From NCBI GenBank assembly GCA_963846575.1, contig CAWJWJ010000001.1, positions 992,001-1,056,000 of the forward strand: a DNA stretch of 64,000 bases, given 5' to 3'. Under the pieces are notes generated by a model. That model saw only the letters and a program-made list of their open reading frames with translations. It had not been told where the DNA came from and searched no databases. Position numbers and translations under genes: made by a program. Numbering within the stretch: the stretch's first letter is position 1; the number at the start of each line of letters is the position of its first letter. Origin of the DNA: an uncultured Nitrospiraceae bacterium (GTDB lineage Bacteria; Nitrospirota; Nitrospiria; Nitrospirales; Nitrospiraceae). This document shows positions 28,123 to 38,748 of the stretch, piece after piece.

Positions 28123-28668
28123 ATGGCGCAGGCAAGGACAGAGATCGCGACCCTGGGAGGCGGATGTTTTTGGTGTCTCGAAGCCGTGTATGACCAGGTC
28201 AAAGGGGTCCAGTCGGTCGAGTCCGGATACATCGGAGGGCAGGTGCCGGCGCCCACCTACGAACAGGTGTGCGGCGGTCGGACCGGACATGCCGAGGCGG
28301 TGCGGATCGCGTTTGATCCTCAGGTGATCAGCTACCGCGACCTGCTGGATATCTTTTTCGTCATCCATGATCCCACGACGCTCAATCGACAGGGCAATGA
28401 CTCCGGAACACAGTATCGATCCGCGATTTTTTATCACAGTCCTGAACAGCAGCGGATGGCCGACGAGGTAATTGCCTCACTCACCCAAGAAGGCGTCTAT
28501 CCGAATCCCATTGTCACCGAGGTGGTGTCCGCGCCCGAGTGGTTCGAGGCCGAGTCCTACCACCAGGAATATTTCGCCCGCAATCCGTCCCAGGGCTACT
28601 GCACCTATGTTGTGGGACCCAAGGTGGCGAAGTTTCGGCAGCACTTTGCCACGCTCCTGAAGGCGTAG
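28123..28668 (+). CDS. msrA: Peptide methionine sulfoxide reductase A
   Basis: GGGCFWC, TGHAE, HDPT, AESYHQEY. Confidence 0.97.
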   Translation: MAQARTEIATLGGGCFWCLEAVYDQVKGVQSVESGYIGGQVPAPTYEQVCGGRTGHAEAVRIAFDPQVISYRDLLDIFFVIHDPTTLNRQGNDSGTQYRSAIFYHSPEQQRMADEVIASLTQEGVYPNPIVTEVVSAPEWFEAESYHQEYFARNPSQGYCTYVVGPKVAKFRQHFATLLKA

Positions 28669-28692
28669 TGCCCGAACGATTGACATGATTTC

Positions 28693-29127
28693 CTAAGAAG
28701 GTTTGAAGAGTCGGCGCAGGTTGTCGGTCAGGTCGTGAAGTAGGTTCGGTTGCTGGTTAATGTGGTGGCGCTTGACGAGAAGTTCAGCTTGCGGAGGGCA
28801 GAACGGCCACTCGACAGTGCTCTTACCCTGCATTTGAGCGATGATGTCGTCGTTCGGTCCTTCTGGCGGGGAGTGGGTGACGATCAGGGGGTCCTTCGGA
28901 TCGAGCACACAGGTAGACTCATATCCGATTTCCCGGTATCGATCAGGTTGAAAAAGCAGCACCTTGTGGGAACCATTGGAGAACACCGTATCGCCTTCGC
29001 GAATGGGTCCATCCGGTGCGATTGAAAAAAGCACCATGGGGGTCAGCAGAATCACGGCGGCCGCCAGGGCAATTGACCATAAGGGAGGTTCCGCGTCGCG
29101 TCGCTGGATCTGGTTGGGTCTGCTCAT
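28693..29127 (-). CDS. Hypothetical membrane-anchored protein
   Basis: ORF with one TM helix, fills gap between msrA and next gene. Confidence 0.65.
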   Translation of the reverse strand: MSRPNQIQRRDAEPPLWSIALAAAVILLTPMVLFSIAPDGPIREGDTVFSNGSHKVLLFQPDRYREIGYESTCVLDPKDPLIVTHSPPEGPNDDIIAQMQGKSTVEWPFCPPQAELLVKRHHINQQPNLLHDLTDNLRRLFKPS

Positions 29128-29241
29128 GTTACCGGGCGGCTCCCTTCCAACCGAAGGACTTGCGTCCGCATACAAAGTTCTTCACACTTACGGCCATCTC
29201 GCATCCTGGTAACGGTCTCCTCTAGAGACGGAGAAAGGTTT

Positions 29242-29400
29242 GTGGCGACAGTCGCGATGGTCTATTGCCCCATGTGCTCCGGTAGTGCCAAACGGGTGAG
29301 CCGCCATGGCTGGCGAGATTTCCTCATGCAAGTCATCGGGTTTTATCCCTTTCGCTGTACGATCTGCCTCTATCGCTTCCGTCTCAGGCGTCGAACGTAA
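29242..29400 (+). CDS. Small zinc-ribbon protein (47-52 aa)
   Basis: YCPMC...YPFRCTICLYRF; GGAGAAAGG RBS; below ORF-track cutoff. Confidence 0.7.
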   Translation: MATVAMVYCPMCSGSAKRVSRHGWRDFLMQVIGFYPFRCTICLYRFRLRRRT

Positions 29401-29783
29401 CGAAGATCGCTCACGTGTCCGGGTGCCCGCGAAGTAGACACGCCCGACTCTCGCATCTCACAAGCTAGATCCATAATCTGGACGCAGAGGCCCGTCATCC
29501 GTCTCCACGGACTTGCAACGTCCCGGGAGGTTTTCGTAGCATACACCATCCTGAAACTGGGCCGGGGCCAGTCTATCGCCGAGCAGGTGGGTTCCCGTCA
29601 TGTCTTTTTGTGGTAAGTGTTCCGGATATACGAAGCGGTCTCGTCGCCAAGGACTCCTCGATTTTCTCTTCTTTCTCGTCGGCTACTATCCCTATCGTTG
29701 TGTGCGGTGCGGTCGGCGGACCCATCTTCGCCAACGCGTCTGACCAACGTGGCTCCCTCTCCTCCGCTTTCTTCCGAATAGCC

Positions 29784-30659
29784 TTACAGCAGATCGTCTT
29801 CTGAATCCGGCAGGCCGGGCTCTTCGGTGATGGCGTCGCTTCGGAGGGCCGAGAAGTCGAACAGCCGGCGATCAAGGAGCAGGGGCGGGGCTACATTGGA
29901 AAGGGCCGCGAACATACTGTCATTGGAGCCAGGAAATCGCTCGTTCCACTCGTGCAGCAACGTCTTTACCTGTTTCCGTTTCAAATCTTCCTGAGAGCCG
30001 CATAGGTCACAGGGGATGATCGGGAATTCGAGCAAGGCCGCATATCGCGCTAAGTCCGCTTCCTTGACATAGGCCAACGGCCGGATCACGAGATGACGAC
30101 CGCTTTTGGAACGCAGCTTCGGCGGCATGGCTTTCAGCTTGCCGGTAAAAAACATGTTGAGCAGGAGTGTTTCGAGAATGTCATCACGATGATGGCCCAG
30201 GGCGATCTTGGTCGCCCCCAGTTCCGTGGCGAGTCGATAGAGATGGCCTCGCCGAAGACGAGAGCAGAGTGAGCAGGTGGTCTGGCCTTCCGGAATCAAA
30301 CGTTTCACGATCGAGTAGGTATCGCGGGTCTCGATGTGGAATGGCACGCCGCGGCGGGTGAGATAGTCCGGCAGGACATGGGCGGGAAAGCCCGGTTGTT
30401 TTTGATCCAGGTTGACGGCGATGAGGTCGAAATGAATCGGTGCACGGCTGCGCAACGACAGGAGAATTTCCAGGAGACCGTAACTGTCCTTTCCCCCTGA
30501 AAGACACACCATCACCTTGTCGCCCGCTTCAATCATGCGGTAATCGGCGATGGCTTGTCCGACGAGACGACACAGTTTGGTTTCAAGCTTCTCTCTCTCT
30601 TCGGTGGGGGAGAGCGGCTGAACCAGGCCGGGAGAAAGTGGCGCGGGGGTATTGGACAT
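29784..30659 (-). CDS. ttcA: tRNA 2-thiocytidine biosynthesis protein
   Basis: [32 protein letters not shown]. Confidence 0.96.
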   Translation of the reverse strand: MSNTPAPLSPGLVQPLSPTEEREKLETKLCRLVGQAIADYRMIEAGDKVMVCLSGGKDSYGLLEILLSLRSRAPIHFDLIAVNLDQKQPGFPAHVLPDYLTRRGVPFHIETRDTYSIVKRLIPEGQTTCSLCSRLRRGHLYRLATELGATKIALGHHRDDILETLLLNMFFTGKLKAMPPKLRSKSGRHLVIRPLAYVKEADLARYAALLEFPIIPCDLCGSQEDLKRKQVKTLLHEWNERFPGSNDSMFAALSNVAPPLLLDRRLFDFSALRSDAITEEPGLPDSEDDLL

Positions 30660-30887
30660 GCGGCATTGTATCCGAAGCAGGGGAGCGAATGGCACCCCTC
30701 ACGTACGTCCTCGTGGACGGGATCGACGCGAGATATGGCGCGGTGGGTTACGGGTTTCCGAAACTGACTGTGCTGCCTGCTCATGAGTCCCGGCCGGCGG
30801 GGCAGGACGTTCGGCAGGATTTTTAAGCCATGGTATAGTTAATTAGAGGCAAAATGGCGTCGGACCCGGCTTTTTGGTCGTCCAGCG

Positions 30888-31949
30888 ATGGGGCATACAC
30901 AAATACAGAGGCGGGGGAAGGCGTGCAGGCCCGAGGCGACAGCAGTCTGGGCGGACTGGACTGATGAGCAACTGCTGGACCTGCGCATGTGCGACCTGCA
31001 TGTCGACCTGGTGGGCAGCTTCTATGAGGAGCCGATTGTCCAGCTTCAGCGCGAATTGGCCGCGCGTGGACTTGTGTTCAAGCCCCATGTCTGGATCTCG
31101 GATGAATGGTTCACCCCGGATGGTGTACCCGGCATCGCCGTACCCTTCTACCTCGCGCATCCGCGGTTGGCGAAGTTGGAAGCCATGCAAATGTTGGAAG
31201 TCGAGGGAGGCACCCCTGACTGGTGCATGCGGATCCTGCGGCACGAGGCCGGTCACGCCATTGAGAACGCGTATTTGCTGCGCCGTCTCCGCCGCCGGCA
31301 GAAATTATTCGGCCGATCGTCGCAGCCGTATCCCACGTTCTACACTCCGCGTCCCTATAGCCGGAGTTTCGTGCGCCACTTGGATGTCTGGTATGCCCAA
31401 AGCCATCCGGACGAGGATTTCGCGGAGACCTTTGCCGTGTGGCTCGATCCGCAGTCACTGTGGAGGGAGCGCTACCGCGGCTGGCCGGTGATGAAAAAGC
31501 TGGAGTTCATGGAGCGGCTGATGGGTGAACTGGCCGGGGCCAGCCCGATTGTGACAGGGCGGCGGCAGTTGGATCCGCTCCGTCGCATTTACAAGACCCT
31601 TCGAGATCATTATGACGAGAAGCGAACACACTATGGGATTGGCGGCATACCCTCCTACGACAAGGATTTGAAGAAGGTGTTCTCCGACGCGCCGGCCTAC
31701 GTGAAAAATCAAACCGCCGCGTTGTTTCTCCATCGGACGAGGAAAGAGATTCGCCGACGGGTGGCCGAATGGACAGGGGAATATCAATACACCATCAATC
31801 AAGTGTTGGACGGCATGATTGAACGGTGTCAGGCGATGAATCTGCATCTGACCACGCAAAAAGAGCAGGCCAAGTTGGATTTTGCGATTCTGCTGACAGT
31901 ACAGACCATGAACCATCTTCACAGCGGCCGACATAAGGTGGCGTTATGA
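30888..31949 (+). CDS. Putative zinc-binding metallopeptidase
   Basis: LRHEAGHA (HExxH), YAQSHPDEDFAETFA. Confidence 0.85.
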   Translation: MGHTQIQRRGKACRPEATAVWADWTDEQLLDLRMCDLHVDLVGSFYEEPIVQLQRELAARGLVFKPHVWISDEWFTPDGVPGIAVPFYLAHPRLAKLEAMQMLEVEGGTPDWCMRILRHEAGHAIENAYLLRRLRRRQKLFGRSSQPYPTFYTPRPYSRSFVRHLDVWYAQSHPDEDFAETFAVWLDPQSLWRERYRGWPVMKKLEFMERLMGELAGASPIVTGRRQLDPLRRIYKTLRDHYDEKRTHYGIGGIPSYDKDLKKVFSDAPAYVKNQTAALFLHRTRKEIRRRVAEWTGEYQYTINQVLDGMIERCQAMNLHLTTQKEQAKLDFAILLTVQTMNHLHSGRHKVAL

Positions 31950-32968
31950 GGCGATTGCGCATACTCGTGTTGATGCATAAAGACCTTGTCCCTCCCGAGC
32001 AACTCAACGGGCATGATCCGGAGGTTGCGGCATGGAAGACGGAATACGATGTGGTCTCGACGCTGCGAAAGCTAGGCCACGAGGTGCGGGCACTGGGTGT
32101 GAAGAGCGATCTGGAAGTGATTCGTGCCGCAGTCGAGGATTGGAAGCCACACATTGCCTTCAATCTGTTGGAGGAGTTTGACGGCAGGGCAGTCTACGAC
32201 CAGAACGTGGTTTCCTACCTGGAACTCATGCACATCCCGTACACCGGGTGCAATCCCAGGGGCCTCATGCTGGCGCGTGACAAGGCTCTCGCCAAAAAAG
32301 TCATGTCCTACCATCGCATCCCATACCCCGAGTTCATGGTGGTGCCGCTCCATCGCATGGTGCGTCGACCTAAATACCTGCCCTTCCCGCTCATCGTGAA
32401 GTCGATCAGCGAAGAGGCCTCATTGGGCATTTCACAGGCCTCCATCGTGGAAGATGATGAAAAACTGCGTGAACGGGTGGCATTCATTCATGCCAATCTC
32501 GGTACCGGCGCGATGGTCGAGCGTTATATCGAAGGGCGTGAACTCTATGTCGGGGTCATGGGCAATGCGCACCTGCAGGTCTTTCCGGTCTGGGAACTGG
32601 TGATGGATAAGATGCCGGACGAAGCCAAGCGGATTGCCACTGAACGCGTGAAATGGAGCCGCAAGTACCAAGAGAAGTACGGCATCCGGTCCTGTGAGGC
32701 GAGGAACTTACCGGAGGGGGTCGTCGATCACATTCAGCACCTGGCCAAACGCGTCTATCGGGCATTGGGGCTTAGCGGCTATGCACGGATCGACATGCGG
32801 ATGGATAAGGAGGGTGTCGTCTATGTATTAGAGGCCAATCCGAATCCCCAAATCGCCACCGGGGAAGACTTTGCCGAATCCGCCGAAAAAGCGAATCTGG
32901 CCTACAAAGATCTCTTGAAGGAGCTGCTGCACGTTGGGCTTCGATGGCGCCCGGTCAAGGCCGCCTGA
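31946..32968 (+). CDS. ATP-grasp ligase, D-Ala-D-Ala ligase-like
   Basis: IPYTG, DKALAK, FPLIVK, EASLGI, YARIDMR, LEANPNP; ATGA overlap. Confidence 0.88.
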   Translation: MRRLRILVLMHKDLVPPEQLNGHDPEVAAWKTEYDVVSTLRKLGHEVRALGVKSDLEVIRAAVEDWKPHIAFNLLEEFDGRAVYDQNVVSYLELMHIPYTGCNPRGLMLARDKALAKKVMSYHRIPYPEFMVVPLHRMVRRPKYLPFPLIVKSISEEASLGISQASIVEDDEKLRERVAFIHANLGTGAMVERYIEGRELYVGVMGNAHLQVFPVWELVMDKMPDEAKRIATERVKWSRKYQEKYGIRSCEARNLPEGVVDHIQHLAKRVYRALGLSGYARIDMRMDKEGVVYVLEANPNPQIATGEDFAESAEKANLAYKDLLKELLHVGLRWRPVKAA

Positions 32969-33259
32969 CGGATGTCGAGACGGATTGGCTGCGAAGTAGT
33001 CGTTCCTCTCACAACATCGACTCCAACCCTAGGCCGGCGTTTCGCTCTTCGGGGCACCGTTTGAAACGCGGTTGAGGCGGCGTCGTCCCCCTCTCACTAG
33101 CCTGCTCAGTGCTGATCCACCCGATACGTATTCGCCGGCTCCGATCGGGGAGTCACGCTCTTGGTCCACGGCCGGGTTGCCACGTCTGATGGCGGAGGCC
33201 GGCGGGTGGTACGGCGACTCCCCGTGCTCCGGATTGCACAATAACTGCGCAGGAGTTCG

Positions 33260-33823
33260 TTAGGGCCCCCATCGGATGCCAAACAGGAGCGCGACGCTAG
33301 AATTGTCATTCGGCACGGGTGCGGAGAGCGTGATGTGGTGCAGGTTCACCATGAGGGTGGTGGCGAAAGCGATTTTTGGTCCGACCTGGTATTCCAGCGA
33401 CATGCCGAGTGGAATGAAATGGCTGGTATCATTGCGATCGATCTTCGATGGGCCGCCGCCGCGGTTCAGGTCAGCGTGGAGAAAGCCCAGCCCGGCGAAC
33501 GGCACGAGATTGTACCCGCTGTTGAGTCGAAGGTGATACTTGGCCACGGCAGCCAGGCCGATCTGCGTCAGATCGCCGACCGGCGTGAACAGGGCCATCC
33601 CGCCGAACGAAAAGTTCTGGTCCATGTAGTAGTCGAGTCCGAAACCCATCGCGAACGTGGTGTTGTTGGTGGTGCCGGTCCAGAGGCCGAGATCTGTCGC
33701 GAACCCCCAGCGCGCCTCTTGCGTCTCTGCAGGTCTCGCCGGGTCAGCTGAGAAACACGCAAGGCAGAGGAATACGAGACAGGCGAAGCCTGTGGGCGGC
33801 AGCCGATGGTGTGCGGTGTTCAT
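33260..33823 (-). CDS. Outer-membrane beta-barrel protein
   Basis: Signal peptide, alternating aromatic/Gly strands (PFAGLGF, LGMSLEY, FGIRW). Confidence 0.75.
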   Translation of the reverse strand: MNTAHHRLPPTGFACLVFLCLACFSADPARPAETQEARWGFATDLGLWTGTTNNTTFAMGFGLDYYMDQNFSFGGMALFTPVGDLTQIGLAAVAKYHLRLNSGYNLVPFAGLGFLHADLNRGGGPSKIDRNDTSHFIPLGMSLEYQVGPKIAFATTLMVNLHHITLSAPVPNDNSSVALLFGIRWGP

Positions 33824-33965
33824 GCGTACCATATAAGTAGTGTGGCGCGGACTGTAGCATAGGCCTCCGAGGACGGACAAGACTCAGCGGCACATTCCGG
33901 CAGGTCCACAGTTGTCAGTGCGCCTGCACCTGCAGTATCCTTCCGCTTCTTGCGGGAGGAGACGT

Positions 33966-34460
33966 ATGACCAATCAATCGATGACCCCGAATGAAGCCGC
34001 AGAGGCCTTGTATAAACTGATGCCGCGACGGATCTCCGTGGAGATAATGGGCGAGTACGGTATTGACGTGTCAGAAGAGCAGTCGAAGGATCTTACCCGG
34101 GAGTTACTCTCCTTCACGCTCTATTGGGTGTCGGCCGCGATTAATGCCCATATTCCCAGGAAGTACCGCGAGCTGTTGTTTCAGCGGATTCTGGACTTCA
34201 TTCATGAAGATTGGGCCAATGAATTCAGGCTCGAGGCACTGAAGTGGGAGGACTACCTCGTGGAAATGGAAGCCCGGCGGGCGTTCTATTCTCAGGTGGG
34301 GGACTTCGAAGGGGGGGCCATCGCGGCGTCCGAAGAGATCTCAGACCTGCTCGAAGAGCAGGGGCTTATCCAGCCGGAGGATCGGCCAAAATTGCTGGTG
34401 TTGCTCCCCGATCTGGTCCCGCTGGATAAGTATCAGACGTTGCTGGGTGAATGCGCCTAG
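33966..34460 (+). CDS. Hypothetical protein
   Basis: GGAGGAG RBS, 164-aa acidic helical ORF. Confidence 0.75.
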   Translation: MTNQSMTPNEAAEALYKLMPRRISVEIMGEYGIDVSEEQSKDLTRELLSFTLYWVSAAINAHIPRKYRELLFQRILDFIHEDWANEFRLEALKWEDYLVEMEARRAFYSQVGDFEGGAIAASEEISDLLEEQGLIQPEDRPKLLVLLPDLVPLDKYQTLLGECA

Positions 34461-34480
34461 GCGATAACCGGCCCGACCCG

Positions 34481-35086
34481 TCAGAGATACCGGTGCGACA
34501 ACACCTTCCCGTTGCTGTCCAGTTCATACAGCAGCGGCGCGCCGGTCGGAATGTTGAGCTCCAGCACCTGCTCCCTGGTCAACTGTTCGAGTTGCATCAC
34601 CAGGGCTCGCAGACTGTTTCCGTGGGCGGCAATCAGAATGGTTTCACCCTGTAGGACCGACGGCTTGATGCGGCTGTCATAATAGGGAAGGACCCGCTCG
34701 GCGGTATCCTTCAAGCTTTCCCCTCCAGGCGGACGCACGTCATAACTTCGCCGCCAGATCTTGACCTGTTCATCTCCGAACTTCTTGGCCGTTTCGGCCT
34801 TGTTCAGTCCCTGCAGTTCTCCATACATGCGTTCGTTGAGCGCTTTATCCTTTTCAATCGGAATGTTCGTCTGTCCGGTTTCTTCCAAAATGATGCGCAG
34901 CGTTTCGTTGGCCCGGGCCAAGACCGAGGAGAAGGCTCGATCAAAGGTCATCCCCGACAGTTTCTTGCCAGCGGCCTTCGCTTCTTCTATGCCCTTCGGA
35001 GACAGCGGCACATCCACCCACCCGGTAAAACGGTTTTCCAAATTCCACTGCGATTCGCCGTGACGAATGAGAATCAGTTTGCTCAT
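34481..35086 (-). CDS. gpmA: 2,3-bisphosphoglycerate-dependent phosphoglycerate mutase
   Basis: [32 protein letters not shown]. Confidence 0.97.
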   Translation of the reverse strand: MSKLILIRHGESQWNLENRFTGWVDVPLSPKGIEEAKAAGKKLSGMTFDRAFSSVLARANETLRIILEETGQTNIPIEKDKALNERMYGELQGLNKAETAKKFGDEQVKIWRRSYDVRPPGGESLKDTAERVLPYYDSRIKPSVLQGETILIAAHGNSLRALVMQLEQLTREQVLELNIPTGAPLLYELDSNGKVLSHRYL

Positions 35087-35270
35087 CGTGTCTCGTCTCC
35101 TTATCCGAAGGGATGGGAATGTGTGGGGACAGGTTACGCGATTTCCCCTTCACCCTGTCAAGCGCGTTGAGCAGACCGGAGCGATCCTCGACCACGTCGT
35201 GCCCGGTTGCAATCACCTTAGGCAGCCAGTACCATGCCGCCGAATCCCTCATCATCCGCGGAGTGTGTCA

Positions 35271-36101
35271 ATGGCTGCTCATCTGCCTTCAGAGTGGGTT
35301 CCCTTGCAGGAGTGGTGGCAGGCGATGGGCCGTCGCCTCCAGGTTGAAGACCGGGTGGAGGCATTTTTCCGGCGAGCGTTCGGGGTCAGTCAGGCGCTGG
35401 CAGGGGTTGCCCAAGTCGGGGGCCAGGTCGAATACGTCCTGTTTGTGCTCGTGCGGTACTGGATTCCCGTCGTCTTGCCGCCGCCTGGTCGTGAACGCGC
35501 CTCTAAAGGTGATCCCGACTATTGGCTCGAGTCCGAGCAGATTCTCAAGACGGCGGCGGCGAGGCTGCGGGAGCTCAAGCCCTTGATCGAGCTGCTCACG
35601 GCGACCAATCCCTTGAATCAGGGGGCGGCCGATCCTGTTCCGACGCAGCCTCGGGTCGTCGAAGTGGAATTAGCCAATATGTTGCAGGGCATTGCCGAAT
35701 CTGCCGGAAGTTATGGTGGCCCGGACTATACATCGGTGATCAAGACCTTTGATCCGGTTCCCCTGCGGCAGACCCAGCCCTTCAAACACAATAAAAAGAA
35801 TAGCGCCGAGCTCTGGGTGATCTTTTTGCTCCGCGAACATTTTCGCAGTCTCAGTGTGGGTAAGGACCGCTATTGGCCGCTCGTGGCCGGTCTCTGTTCG
35901 GCCGCAGGCATCACCAACCCCAATGGGCAACCGTATAGTGCGGATGAATTGAAATCCTGGTGGCAGAAGAACTGGCCGCGCACCTACACGCAACTCGAAC
36001 AAACCCAAGCGGCGCCAGACTCCAGTGGCGCGGCCTATCAGCAGGATTTTGAATGGTTCGTAGCCTGGATCGAATGGCAGCGGCAGCGCATGTCGGAATA
36101 G
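35271..36101 (+). CDS. Hypothetical protein
   Basis: 276-aa ORF, host-like composition, GGAG upstream. Confidence 0.7.
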   Translation: MAAHLPSEWVPLQEWWQAMGRRLQVEDRVEAFFRRAFGVSQALAGVAQVGGQVEYVLFVLVRYWIPVVLPPPGRERASKGDPDYWLESEQILKTAAARLRELKPLIELLTATNPLNQGAADPVPTQPRVVEVELANMLQGIAESAGSYGGPDYTSVIKTFDPVPLRQTQPFKHNKKNSAELWVIFLLREHFRSLSVGKDRYWPLVAGLCSAAGITNPNGQPYSADELKSWWQKNWPRTYTQLEQTQAAPDSSGAAYQQDFEWFVAWIEWQRQRMSE

Positions 36102-36702
36102 CCTTGTGGTCGTTGACGAGGCGGAGCGGAGAGAGGGGGTTCTTGTTAAGCAATAGAGTCCTGCAATCGCAGCCTGTCAGTTACAGGTCGAATGAGTACC
36201 GGCGGTGGTTGCATGCCGAAACCCTGGCGCACGTGGCATCTTCTGGTTAGAGATGGCCAAAGCCTATCTTCTGGTGAAGGAACTCTACGTTGCGGGAAGC
36301 GTGTGCGCGACATGAGATCGGTACTCCCGCCACGCGAGACCTGATCGCAAGAGCTTGAACTGCTCGGTAGCCCCGGCGCGTCCTGTCTCACCTCTCGCGT
36401 TATGCTCAGACTAGGGCGGAGGTCGTTTCCGAGTTCGGCTGGCGCCAGGGATCGATTGAATGCCGGAGACCGGCGTGCCGTTCGCCTGAGACCGGCGCGG
36501 CTGAATGAAGGTTGATGAGAGGAAGGGAGGCGCGCCCACCTTGAAAATGAGGGATGAGATTCGGGAATCCTTCAGAAATCACGTGTCTCATAGTTGAGAG
36601 CTGCTAACCCGTCCAACAGAATGGCTCTCTCGCAGAATGTAAGCCTCAGAAGACTCGCAACTCTTGTCGGGACGCTGGGAGGACCCGGCGACGGCGGCTT
36701 GC

Positions 36703-37356
36703 CTACACGTGCGTGAGACTTGCAGGGTGTGGCTTGGCCGGGGGCCCCTGCGGCCCGTCCGGCGGACCCTCCTTGATCATGGCTACCACGAGTCCGATCT
36801 TTAACACGAGCAGGCCGACGCCCACCCAGACCACATATGGCTGCACACCCCCCAGTTCACCCACGAGCTGTTGTCTGGCTTCTCCCCCCGTCGTGCGCTC
36901 ACTTTTGATCTTCGCGAGCTGTTCCTTCGCATGCCAGAAGTAAATATAGTTGGCGCTGGCGCCGGCGATGATCCGCCAGATGATGTCGGCGGAGAGGTCC
37001 TGGGTGATGTAGAAGGCCATGGCCGGCCCGATGGCATAAATCAAGGCATAGACATACATCTTCCGGTACAGAAACCAGAGGAACGGTTCGAAGATGAAGG
37101 CTGGCCAGTGCCAGGTAAGAGCGAACTGAGGTCCTCCCGGCCCGGTGAATTTCTTGAATGTCGTGAGGTAACGGTCGGCATTCGGTCCGATGAACGCCTT
37201 CCAGAGATCCGCATCAGTCTGAGGTTCTGGCGGCGGTGAAGATGGTGCCACTTCCGCCGCTGTCACCTGCTGCTCAAGGGTCAAGGCGCCACCGCATTGG
37301 TGGCAAAAGCGCGCGTCGTCCCGATTTTGTTGCTGGCATTGGGCGCAAGGCTTCAT
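36703..37356 (-). CDS. Zinc-ribbon plus DUF2628-like membrane protein
   Basis: CAQC...FCHQCG; WHWPAF...WFLYRKMY; ANYIYF. Confidence 0.85.
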   Translation of the reverse strand: MKPCAQCQQQNRDDARFCHQCGGALTLEQQVTAAEVAPSSPPPEPQTDADLWKAFIGPNADRYLTTFKKFTGPGGPQFALTWHWPAFIFEPFLWFLYRKMYVYALIYAIGPAMAFYITQDLSADIIWRIIAGASANYIYFWHAKEQLAKIKSERTTGGEARQQLVGELGGVQPYVVWVGVGLLVLKIGLVVAMIKEGPPDGPQGPPAKPHPASLTHV

Positions 37357-37528
37357 ACCTTCACCTTATCCCACCCGCCGTCTCTTCCCGTCAAGGACGA
37401 ACGAGAGGATGATGCCCTGTGTCGAGGCGCACGCTCGCCGCGCTGGGAGCTACTAATGGGCTCTGGTTTGGTTGCTTTCAACTTTCCCCTATGGTAGCTT
37501 CGCCGACTCATGCTGGGAGAGGTGTGTC

Positions 37529-38734
37529 ATGCCGACGGGTGAGTTACGTCTCGATGCCGACCAATATTTGATGAATACCTATACGCGCCAGCCGATTTCG
37601 ATCGTGCGGGGGCAGGGTACCAAGGTTTACGACCTGGAAGGACGGCAATACGTCGATTTTGTGGCCGGCATCGCCGTGAATCTTCTCGGGCATGGGCACC
37701 CGGATCTGGTTCTGGCCATTCAGAAGCAGGTACGCCACCTAATTCATACCTCGAATTTATATTATACCGAACCGCAGGTCGCGCTGGCCCGGATGCTGGT
37801 CGAGCATTCCTTTGCCCAGAAGGTTTTTTTCTGTAACAGCGGCGCAGAGGCGAATGAAGCGGCGATCAAGCTGGCCCGAAAGTATTCGTACGACAAGTAT
37901 GGAGCTGACCGCTACGAGATCATTACGATGAAGAACTCCTTTCATGGCCGTACCCTGGCCACCCTGACGGCCACCGGCCAGGAGAAGGTGCAAAAGGGAT
38001 TCGCCCCGCTCGTGCCCGGGTTTTCCTATGTGACGTTCAACGATCTGTCGGAGATCGAACGGGCTATGACGTCGAAAACCGCCGCGGTCATGCTCGAGCC
38101 CATTCAAGCAGAAGGCGGAGTCTACGTGGCGGATCGAGGCTACCTCCAGGGGTTGCGGGAGCTGTGCCGAGAACGCGATGTGCTCCTTATTTTTGATGAA
38201 GTGCAGACTGGCATGGGCCGGACCGGCACTCTGTTCTGTTACGAACAGTTCGGCATGCAACCGGATATTATGACCCTGGCGAAGGGCCTCGGAGGGGGTG
38301 TGCCGATCGGTGCCTGCCTGGCAACGGACGCAGTCGCGCACGCGTTTTCTCCCGGGACCCATGCATCGACGTTTGGCGGCAACCCCCTGGCCTGTGCGGC
38401 CGGCTTGGCGGTGCTGCGGGTGCTGCTGGATGGAAAAGTTCTGGAACGGGGCCGACGGGCGGGCGAAAGTCTGGCCAAGGGCTTGGCCGTGCTCAAAGAG
38501 AGACATCGTCTGGTGAGTGACGTCCGTGGTCTCGGTCTGTTGCAGGCTATCGAGCTGAGCATCGACGGCAAAGCCGTGGTTGCCGATTGTCTTGCCCGCG
38601 GGTTGTTGATCAACTGCACGGGTGATCGTGTCCTGCGCTTCGTTCCGCCGCTTATTATCACCGAGCCCGAGATTGCCCGCTTGCTGAACGCGCTTGCCCT
38701 GATCCTGAGCCAGCGAGCCACCTCAACCCATTAA
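37529..38734 (+). CDS. argD: Acetylornithine aminotransferase
   Basis: NSGAEANE, FHGRT, FDEVQTGMGRTG, LAKGLGGG, HASTFGGNP. Confidence 0.96.
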   Translation: MPTGELRLDADQYLMNTYTRQPISIVRGQGTKVYDLEGRQYVDFVAGIAVNLLGHGHPDLVLAIQKQVRHLIHTSNLYYTEPQVALARMLVEHSFAQKVFFCNSGAEANEAAIKLARKYSYDKYGADRYEIITMKNSFHGRTLATLTATGQEKVQKGFAPLVPGFSYVTFNDLSEIERAMTSKTAAVMLEPIQAEGGVYVADRGYLQGLRELCRERDVLLIFDEVQTGMGRTGTLFCYEQFGMQPDIMTLAKGLGGGVPIGACLATDAVAHAFSPGTHASTFGGNPLACAAGLAVLRVLLDGKVLERGRRAGESLAKGLAVLKERHRLVSDVRGLGLLQAIELSIDGKAVVADCLARGLLINCTGDRVLRFVPPLIITEPEIARLLNALALILSQRATSTH

Positions 38735-38748
38735 CCCTAGTGGCCCAT

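Noticed and set aside
27286..28437. Long antisense/shadow ORFs (e.g. 383 aa opposite zwf/msrA and many others)
   Set aside because: Fully overlap well-supported genes; expected in GC-rich DNA
36406..36591. 61-aa minus-strand ORF in the intergenic gap
   Set aside because: No RBS, motif or compositional support
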